A DNA stretch of 64,000 nt from a bacterium (GTDB lineage: Bacteria > Patescibacteriota > Minisyncoccia > Minisyncoccales > JAGGXC01): NCBI GenBank assembly GCA_021157625.1, contig JAGGWD010000003.1, forward strand, positions 10,633 to 74,632, written 5' to 3'. Position numbers and translations under genes: made by a program. Shown here piece by piece: positions 57,632 to 64,000 of the stretch (its first letter is position 1; the number at the start of each line of letters is the position of its first letter). The notes beneath the pieces were generated by a model that had not been told where the DNA came from, searched no databases, and worked only from the letters and a program-made list of their open reading frames with translations.

Positions 57632-59026
57632 TTATTCTCTCAGTATACCATAAAAAGGTGATAAAGAGTAATTCTTCCAGATCCAGCGATAGATTCTCTG
57701 AGTATCTGCCCGCAAGTTTCTGGAATCCAAGAGGACGATCGCTATATTGCGGATTTTGCCCGTGTCTGTCATAAATCTAAAGACAAAAACTCCATTATAA
57801 CCCGATTGTTTAATATAGCCTGTTTTCCCTCCCACAAAACTTTTGTCGTAAATAAAGATATTTTTATTCCATAGATCCTTAATCTTAAAATGAACTTTTC
57901 CAAAACTAGGAACTTCTTTTGCTTTGGTGATCTCCCAAAGAAGGGGTCGGGTATTTGAGATATATCGAGCTAACTGAAAAAGATCTTGAGCAGTAGAGAT
58001 ATTTCTGTAGTCAAAACCATGAGGGTCAACAAACTCTGTGTTTTTCATAAGAATTGATTTAGCTTTCTCATTCATCTTTTCTATAGTTTTGGCTCTACCT
58101 AAATAACCTGCTAAAACTTCAGCAGCATCATTTGATGACTCAATCAAAAGAGGATAAAACAATTCTACTGGTCTGAATTTTTTGCCTTCTCTCAATCCCT
58201 CTGTTGAACCATAGGCTTCCAGCATTGTTTTGTTTACCGTGATATATTGTCTCAAATCAACATTTTCTGACACAACTACCGCAGTCATTAGTTTCGTCAA
58301 AGAAGCAATTGGCAATTCTTTCTGAATGTCTTTCTGCAAAAATACAAAACCTGAATCTAAATCAGCTACCAGATAACTCCTTGCTGAAATCTCAGGTGGA
58401 GAAAATAAATTCTTGTTTTCAAATTGATACTGATCTTTTTCCTTTGCAACTACTAAAACAGGCATATTTAATTCGCTTAACTCATAAATATCTCTAGCAT
58501 CTTTGTCTTTGAGTCGGATACATCCTCCTGAGACCGACGAGATAAGTTTTCTTCCTCCTGGATAGTAAGGCTCGCCATGGATATAATATTTTCCATAATA
58601 ATGAAGAGCCCAAGGCATATAAACATCAGAGACAACAGAAAAACTTAATTTATGCCCATCTAAAATTTTGTAAAGCCCTGCTGCTGACCCTCCCCAATTT
58701 TGAGGATCACCAATTGTTAAAATTGAGGCTACTCTTATTGGTTTCCCCTCTTTATATAACCTTACCTTCATCAAAGAAAGATTTACTTCCAAAAAATCTT
58801 TCTTTTGGGCAATGAATTTGGTTTTCAGATCAGAAATTGTCTCAAGGTATAGTGGTGCTTCCTTAAGATTGATATCTTCTGAACTGGTACTGGAGAAAAC
58901 CTCAGATAAAACATCAGAAGAATTAAAAGAATAATCCTCCCCTACTTTCTGAGGAATTAAAGAACCAAAAAGAAAAATGAAAACAAACACGAGAAAGTAT
59001 ATTACTGACCTCCTCAAAAAACTCAT
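57632..59026 (-). CDS. Fusion protein: L,D-transpeptidase (YkuD) domain plus serine DD-carboxypeptidase (S11/PBP5-like) domain
   Basis: N-terminal TM helix. The YkuD motif is YYIHG(150)...SGGC(169)IRL. The S11 motifs are S242-LTK, S298-SN and K401-TG. Confidence 0.8.
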   Translation of the reverse strand: MSFLRRSVIYFLVFVFIFLFGSLIPQKVGEDYSFNSSDVLSEVFSSTSSEDINLKEAPLYLETISDLKTKFIAQKKDFLEVNLSLMKVRLYKEGKPIRVASILTIGDPQNWGGSAAGLYKILDGHKLSFSVVSDVYMPWALHYYGKYYIHGEPYYPGGRKLISSVSGGCIRLKDKDARDIYELSELNMPVLVVAKEKDQYQFENKNLFSPPEISARSYLVADLDSGFVFLQKDIQKELPIASLTKLMTAVVVSENVDLRQYITVNKTMLEAYGSTEGLREGKKFRPVELFYPLLIESSNDAAEVLAGYLGRAKTIEKMNEKAKSILMKNTEFVDPHGFDYRNISTAQDLFQLARYISNTRPLLWEITKAKEVPSFGKVHFKIKDLWNKNIFIYDKSFVGGKTGYIKQSGYNGVFVFRFMTDTGKIRNIAIVLLDSRNLRADTQRIYRWIWKNYSLSPFYGILRE

Positions 59027-59067
59027 AGAAATTCCAAGCCAAATGCTTTTTTAATTTTATCATAAAT

Positions 59068-59097
59068 AAAAAAAGGAGGTTAAACATTCTCCTTTTT
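59068..59097. terminator. Bidirectional hairpin terminator
   Basis: AAAAAGGAG-N10-CUCCUUUUU, followed on the minus strand by additional U residues. Confidence 0.6.
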
Positions 59098-59197
59098 ATA
59101 GGCATCAAAGCAATTAGAAAACAAAACAGATTCTACTATCACATTCTTTCTTACCCTCATCTATTAGAGATGTTCTTATTCACCTCCATTCAATACT

Positions 59198-59217
59198 TTA
59201 TCACAAATTATCACAAA
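59198..59217. repeat. Perfect tandem 10-nt direct repeat TTATCACAAA x2
   Basis: 59198-59207 is identical to 59208-59217. On the minus strand this reads TTTGTGATAA twice, one helical turn apart. Confidence 0.8.
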
Positions 59218-59237
59218 ATATTATAATATCAACATTA

Positions 59238-59915
59238 TTATCCAACAGGAACTTCTTTTACCACTTCAATGTCTTTGTTGTCCAGAACTTTTACTGTAAA
59301 GAAGATATTAGAATCATCGCCAGTAGTTATTACAAACTCTTTCTTATCTGAAGGAACTTCAAAAATTACTTCCTGATCGTAATAGGTTTGATTATCTCCA
59401 AAACATCCTTCATTGAATCTTTTGTTTATAGGAGCAGCCAGATCTCCTTGCTCATTCAGAACCATTCTAAGAGAAACATCTATACATATTTTAGCTCCGT
59501 ATCGACCTATATTATCTATTTTAAAATATAAAGTAAGTGCGTTAATCTCTTTGCCTGTATTTTTATCAACAAACGAAGGAATTTTTCTTTTTCCCAAAGA
59601 AACACCTGTAAGACTGTATTTAAAATAGCGAGTCTTCGTGTAATAAGAAATCCATTCAATAGGATAGGGATAAGAAAAGTCTTTACGAACCAAGTTTGGA
59701 TTTTCTGATATACTTTCTGTGCCTGTCTGGCTTTCCATCCTATTCTCACTTTCCGGTACTTTCTTCTCCAATTCTGTCGTTTTGCCAATCAATTCTTCTA
59801 CATTACTGTTCTCATAAGTCTTTGTATATTGCCAATATGTCGCTGCTATTGCAGAAATCAAAACAGCAAATACGACAATTATAATTAAAGATGCTGGTAT
59901 ACCTTCTTTAAACAT
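59238..59915 (-). CDS. Membrane-anchored hypothetical protein (possible DUF4352-like beta-sandwich)
   Basis: N-terminal TM helix. The C-terminal region has alternating beta-strand-like patterns. The family assignment is a guess. Confidence 0.45.
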   Translation of the reverse strand: MFKEGIPASLIIIVVFAVLISAIAATYWQYTKTYENSNVEELIGKTTELEKKVPESENRMESQTGTESISENPNLVRKDFSYPYPIEWISYYTKTRYFKYSLTGVSLGKRKIPSFVDKNTGKEINALTLYFKIDNIGRYGAKICIDVSLRMVLNEQGDLAAPINKRFNEGCFGDNQTYYDQEVIFEVPSDKKEFVITTGDDSNIFFTVKVLDNKDIEVVKEVPVG

Positions 59916-59933
59916 ATTCTATTAATTTTTATT

Positions 59934-60281
59934 TTATTTCTTTTTTAGAGCAAAATAACGGACAATAATACAAGCAACAATATATGAGACAATCACTGAA
60001 ATCCATTGAAGAATCCAGTAGAGAAAAATTATACCACTACCTGCACTCTTGCAATTTATCAGAACCGGCGCGCAAATCATTCGAGGGTATAAAAGATGGC
60101 TTATTCTAAAAAATGTCATGAAAATTCCCAAAAGAGGCGAAACCCAAGACAAAAGAGGTAACATAAAGGGAAAACAAGGCCCATCGGGACCACAAATCGG
60201 AGCAGGAATAATAAATATCCAAAAAAGCAAAAACCAACCAATTTTGGGAAGAGTGGGTTTGAGAAATTGTTTCCAGTTCAT
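59934..60281 (-). CDS. Small Cys-containing polytopic membrane protein, unknown function
   Basis: 115 aa with 3-4 TM segments and several Cys residues (PICGPDGPCF). Confidence 0.45.
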   Translation of the reverse strand: MNWKQFLKPTLPKIGWFLLFWIFIIPAPICGPDGPCFPFMLPLLSWVSPLLGIFMTFFRISHLLYPRMICAPVLINCKSAGSGIIFLYWILQWISVIVSYIVACIIVRYFALKKK

Positions 60282-60386
60282 ATTGAAAAGTTATATTAAT
60301 TTGTTTTGTGTAACCTTTATTATTTTATTCTACCACAAAACCCGAGCTCTTTCGCTCGGTTTTTGTTCAATCTCAAATATTTTATT

Positions 60387-60463
60387 TGGCGGGGACGACC
60401 GGACTCGAACCGGCAACCTTCGCTGTGACAGAGCGACGATCTAACCAATTGATCTACGCCCCC
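60387..60463 (-). tRNA. tRNA-Asp (anticodon GUC), CCA encoded
   Basis: GGGGGCG acceptor, anticodon loop CUGUCAC, T-loop UUCGAGU and a 3' GCCA. Confidence 0.9.
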
Positions 60464-60498
60464 TCTTAATTTTTATTTCAATTTCCTCTATCGTGAGG

Positions 60499-60571
60499 TG
60501 CCGGTGGCTGGATTCGAACCAGCGACCTTAGCCTTATGAAGACTCTGCTCTAACCACTGAGCTACACCGGC
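60499..60571 (-). tRNA. tRNA with CAU anticodon, elongator type (Met, or Ile2 if lysidinylated)
   Basis: GCCGGUG/CACCGGC acceptor with G1-C72, anticodon loop UUCAUAA, T-loop UUCGAAU. Confidence 0.85.
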
Positions 60572-60582
60572 ATTGTGGTTGT

Positions 60583-60611
60583 AATTTGCTCCGAAGATAT
60601 CGGAGCAAATT
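60583..60611 (-). other. Perfect 12-bp hairpin between two tRNA genes (processing or termination signal)
   Basis: AATTTGCTCCGA-AGATA-TCGGAGCAAATT. Confidence 0.5.
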
Positions 60612-60625
60612 AATTAAAATCCTTG

Positions 60626-60696
60626 TTGCGGGGGCCGGAATTGCACCGGCGCCTTGGGCTTATGGGACCCACGAGGTACTACTCCTCCACCCCGCG
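60626..60696 (-). tRNA. Initiator-like tRNA-fMet (anticodon CAU) with atypical loops
   Basis: The acceptor CGCGGGG...CCCCGCA-A (C1 opposite A72) matches the E. coli tRNA-fMet acceptor as recalled. The D-loop is AGUAGUA, the anticodon loop CCCAUAA and the T-loop UGCAAUU. Confidence 0.7.
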
Positions 60697-60737
60697 TCAT
60701 ATTATTTATTTTATTAAATTAAATTTTAAAAATCAAG

Positions 60738-61280
60738 TCAAATCACCTCCAACTCTTCAAATGTTTTCTTGTAAACTAACAAAATTTTCTTTGCCTCTTC
60801 CTTTGTAAGATGATAACTAGGATCACGCACTATATCACTTTCTATCTGATGAACTTTTTTGAGCTCTTCCAGATTCGAAATAGCATCAGTGGTAACCTTC
60901 TCCAGCCTTTCATCAATAGTATCTCCTTTATAACCTATCTTTTTCAACACCTCGTCTAAAATAGCATCTGCTTCAATAATAGCCAATTTATATTCTTCCT
61001 CAGAGTCTGACTTAAGTCTCTCTACAATCCGTTTCCATTGCTTGTCAATTTTTTTAACCCCGTATGGTCTTTGAGTTAAAAGAGAAGTAACCGGTTCTCC
61101 ATAAAGCCATTGAAGATAATGCGTTTTTGATAAGAAGTAAATAATGCCTGCAAGAAAATAGAGGGATATCAATATAAACAATATTTTTATAATAAAAAAT
61201 GTTTTAGGAAAAGGAGGTGAAATAATCCAAGAAATTATATCTAGATTAGTAATGTCTAAATTAGAAATATTTGTCATCAT
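60738..61280 (-). CDS. Membrane-anchored hypothetical protein with a helical C-terminal domain
   Basis: One TM helix (IKILFILISLYFLAGIIYFL). Overlaps the gatA stop by 4 nt, which suggests co-transcription. Confidence 0.5.
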   Translation of the reverse strand: MMTNISNLDITNLDIISWIISPPFPKTFFIIKILFILISLYFLAGIIYFLSKTHYLQWLYGEPVTSLLTQRPYGVKKIDKQWKRIVERLKSDSEEEYKLAIIEADAILDEVLKKIGYKGDTIDERLEKVTTDAISNLEELKKVHQIESDIVRDPSYHLTKEEAKKILLVYKKTFEELEVI

Positions 61281-62695
61281 AATTTTTCTACTACTTCTCC
61301 TACTTTTAAAATCATCTCTTCTTCGAAAGGTTTGCCAATGATTTGAATTCCTACAGGAAGATTCTCTACTTTTCCAGAAGGAACAGAAAGAGCTGGTATA
61401 CCTGCAAGATTAACAGCGGTCATAAAAATATCAGAAAGATACATCGAGAGAGGATCTTTTGTTTTCTCTCCAATCTTGAAAGGCAGAGTGGGAGAAGTGG
61501 GAGTCAAGATAACATCTACTTTCTCAAAAGCTTTCCTAAAATCCTCTCTGATAAGAGTTCTTACCTTTTGGGCGCGAAGATAGTAAGCATCGTAGTATCC
61601 AGCAGAAAGAGCAAAGGTGCCAAGCATTATTCTTCGTCGTACTTCTTGTCCAAAGCCCTGTTGGCGCGAGCGAGAATAAACTTCTTTTAGGTCATTGCTC
61701 TCCTGCACAGAAAGACCATATTTTATTCCATCATAGCGAGCAAGATTACTTGATGCCTCAGAAGGCATAATAATATGGTAAGTAGCCAATGCATAATCAG
61801 TGCAATGAGGAAGAGAAATTTCCTGGATTTTTGCTCCCTCGTTTTCTAATCTTTTAATGGATTCTGTTGTGAGTTTTTCTATTCGAGGATCTATGCCTTT
61901 AACAAAAAATTCTTTAGGTATTCCGGCTCGCAATTCCTTTATATTAAATTTTGAATCAGACTTTTCTATCCAAAAAGAAGTAGAATCAAGTGGGTCTTTG
62001 CCTTTGATTATATTAAAAACTGTGCGAGCATCTTGAATCGTTCTGGTAATAGGCCCGATTTGGTCAAGAGAAGAAGCCATAGCAATAAGACCAAATCGAG
62101 AAACTGCTCCATAAGTAGGCTTCAGCCCCACCACTCCGCAAAAACTTGCTGGTTGACGAATAGAACCACCGGTATCAGAACCTAACGCAAAGACTGCCAA
62201 TCCTGCTGATACTGCTGCCGCTGAACCTCCAGATGACCCACCAGGCACTCTTTCTTTATCTAAAGGATTGCGCGTTGGACCAAAAGCAGAATACTCAGTT
62301 GAAGAACCCATAGCAAATTCATCCAAATTAGTCTTCCCTAAAAGAACTGCTTTCTGATTTTTGAGTTTTTTTATAACTGTAGCATCATAGGGAGCAATAT
62401 AATTTTCCAATATCTTTGATCCTGCTGTACAAGGAAGATCCTTTACCAAAATATTGTCCTTTACAGCAAAAGGAATCCCTCCAAGCACAGGTAATTCTCT
62501 CCCCTGAGCAATAAGTTGATCAATTTCTTTTGCTTGCTGAAGTGCTCCTTCTTGGTCAACAAAAATATAAGCAAAAATTTCTTTATTTTCTTCCTCGATT
62601 CTTTTCAAAAAACTTTCAACAAGCTCGGTAGCAGAAAAATCTTTATTTCTCAAGCCTTGATGTATTGCTTTAATAGTGAGATTTTGAATTTCCAT
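61277..62695 (-). CDS. gatA: Glu-tRNA(Gln)/Asp-tRNA(Asn) amidotransferase subunit A
   Basis: Amidase signature GGSSGGSAAAVSAG...GSDTGGSIRQPA. Confidence 0.95.
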   Translation of the reverse strand: MEIQNLTIKAIHQGLRNKDFSATELVESFLKRIEEENKEIFAYIFVDQEGALQQAKEIDQLIAQGRELPVLGGIPFAVKDNILVKDLPCTAGSKILENYIAPYDATVIKKLKNQKAVLLGKTNLDEFAMGSSTEYSAFGPTRNPLDKERVPGGSSGGSAAAVSAGLAVFALGSDTGGSIRQPASFCGVVGLKPTYGAVSRFGLIAMASSLDQIGPITRTIQDARTVFNIIKGKDPLDSTSFWIEKSDSKFNIKELRAGIPKEFFVKGIDPRIEKLTTESIKRLENEGAKIQEISLPHCTDYALATYHIIMPSEASSNLARYDGIKYGLSVQESNDLKEVYSRSRQQGFGQEVRRRIMLGTFALSAGYYDAYYLRAQKVRTLIREDFRKAFEKVDVILTPTSPTLPFKIGEKTKDPLSMYLSDIFMTAVNLAGIPALSVPSGKVENLPVGIQIIGKPFEEEMILKVGEVVEKL

Positions 62696-62698
62696 ATT

Positions 62699-62998
62699 CT
62701 ACTCACTGTGCTTGAGTATTGCTTTTACTTTAATATATGTTTTTTCACGCAAAGGAGCAGCTTTAAGCAATTTTTGAACCGTCTCAATATCTGAGCATCG
62801 CGGAATATCTTTTCTCATCACATTTTTTATCTCAAAAGGATGACTGGTAGGTTCAACTTTTGATGTATCTATTTCTTTTAGTTTTTCAATATATTTCAAA
62901 ATAGAAGAAAGTTCTTTAGCAAATCTTTCCTCTTCTCTTGGTGTCATATTAAGACGTGCCAATTTTGCTATATGTTGAACTTCTTTTTTTGTAATCAT
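62699..62998 (-). CDS. gatC: Glu-tRNA(Gln)/Asp-tRNA(Asn) amidotransferase subunit C
   Basis: 99 aa with V.HIAKLARL...E pattern, directly upstream of gatA. Confidence 0.9.
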   Translation of the reverse strand: MITKKEVQHIAKLARLNMTPREEERFAKELSSILKYIEKLKEIDTSKVEPTSHPFEIKNVMRKDIPRCSDIETVQKLLKAAPLREKTYIKVKAILKHSE

Positions 62999-63000
62999 AT

Positions 63001-64000
63001 TTATTTGGGAGGTTCAAGAAATTGAGTATCTGCTAATACTTCTTTCAATTTATCTAGGTTTTCCAGCACTATCCCAGCACCTCTCACAACAGCGGTAAGA
63101 GGGTCATCGATCACTTTGGTTGCAATTTTTGTCTTTTTTGTAATCAAAGTGTCAAGACCTCGCAAAAGCGAACCCCCTCCAGCAAGACAAATACCTTTAG
63201 ACATAATATCTGACAAAAGTTCAGGAGGAGTTTCTTCTATAGTGACTCTAATTGCCTCTATTATCTGATCAACTGATTTCTCCATTGCTTTTCTTATCTC
63301 TTCATCAGAAATCATTATCTCCTCTGGTAAACCGGTAATTAGATTCCTGCCTCTCAGAGGCATTTCTTTTTTTTGTCTTAAAGGAATGGCAGAACCAATG
63401 GCTATTTTTACTCTCTCAGCCGTTCTTTTTCCTATCAGAAGTTTATATTCCTCTTGTACGAAATTAATAATATCCTCATCAAGACGATCTCCAGCAATGC
63501 GCAAACTTCTTGATGTAACTATTCCTCCCAAAGATATTACTGCTACTTCTGTAGTACCTCCTCCTATATCTACTATAAAATTTCCTCCAGCTTCCTGAAC
63601 AGGAAGACGGGCACCGATAGCAGCTGCCATTGGTTGTTCAATTAAATAAACTTCTCTTGCTCCTGCATTCTTGGCTGCATCTTGAACTGCTTTCTTCTCT
63701 ACCTCAGTTACTCCACAAGGGATTCCTACAATTACTCTTGGATGAGGAAATAAAGTCATTTTTTTTCGATGAGCTTTCTCAATAAAATATCTGAGCATTT
63801 GCTCAGTTACTTCAAAATCAGAAACCACTCCTTCAACTAAAGGACGGGTAGCTACAATATGAGCCGGGGTTCTGCCCACCATTTCTTTTGCTTCCTGACC
63901 AATTGCCAGAATTTGGCCTGTTTTTTGGTTGACAGCAACCACTGATGGCTCCGAAATTACAATTCCTTCTCCTCCTACATATACCAACGAATTCGCAGTT
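63001..64000 (-). CDS. mreB: Rod shape-determining protein MreB (5' end beyond window edge)
   Basis: Actin-fold motifs (VDIGGGTTEVAV, LAGGGSLLRGLD). The reading frame stays open to base 64000 (..TANSLVYVGGEG), so the track start is an internal TTG. Confidence 0.93.
   Translation of the reverse strand, partial: TANSLVYVGGEGIVISEPSVVAVNQKTGQILAIGQEAKEMVGRTPAHIVATRPLVEGVVSDFEVTEQMLRYFIEKAHRKKMTLFPHPRVIVGIPCGVTEVEKKAVQDAAKNAGAREVYLIEQPMAAAIGARLPVQEAGGNFIVDIGGGTTEVAVISLGGIVTSRSLRIAGDRLDEDIINFVQEEYKLLIGKRTAERVKIAIGSAIPLRQKKEMPLRGRNLITGLPEEIMISDEEIRKAMEKSVDQIIEAIRVTIEETPPELLSDIMSKGICLAGGGSLLRGLDTLITKKTKIATKVIDDPLTAVVRGAGIVLENLDKLKEVLADTQFLEPPK

Overview
This is an AT-rich, very tightly packed bacterial chromosome segment. 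Many adjacent genes overlap by 4-44 nt, and almost all genes are housekeeping. I found no transposases, integrases, phage genes or CRISPR arrays. Several features suggest a reduced genome of the Candidate Phyla Radiation (Patescibacteria) type: a minimal SufC/SufB pair, archaeal-type isopentenyl phosphate kinase, anaerobic NrdDG, a short gamma-only DnaX and a PheT without the OB-fold domain. That placement is inference only.

Content in order:
- Memo-like/AMMECR1 genes, fmt, efp and the isopentenyl phosphate kinase
- nrdDG, udg, mnmA and sufCB
- transporters, dnaX, and a cysS-dnaB-recR block
- rplU, rmuC and a complete F1Fo ATP synthase operon flanked by ion transporters
- a short dcw cluster (mraZ-rsmH-ftsL-ftsI plus a MurF-like gene)
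- a membrane-anchored ClpC-like ATPase
- a dTMP-synthesis supercluster (dcd, ThyX-like, glyA, folD and a Dcd-fold paralog)
- rplK-nusG-secE, gyrB, pheST and cell-wall genes
- five tRNAs, gatCA and mreB

The most interesting material is not in the ORF track:
- A roughly 140-nt highly structured RNA with a near-perfect sigma70 promoter lies in the recR/rplU gap, with a 42-codon ORF antisense to it.
- A self-contained small-protein transcription unit (46-51 aa) has a perfect TTGACA-17-TATAAT promoter.

Among the proteins, these stand out:
- a 530-aa internally duplicated ThyX-like protein
- an L,D-transpeptidase/DD-carboxypeptidase fusion
- a ClpC-like ATPase with two N-terminal TM helices and a degenerate first AAA module
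- a MurF-like protein without a P-loop
- a b-delta fused ATP synthase stalk subunit

All calls come from reading the sequence and recalling family motifs. No database search was run.
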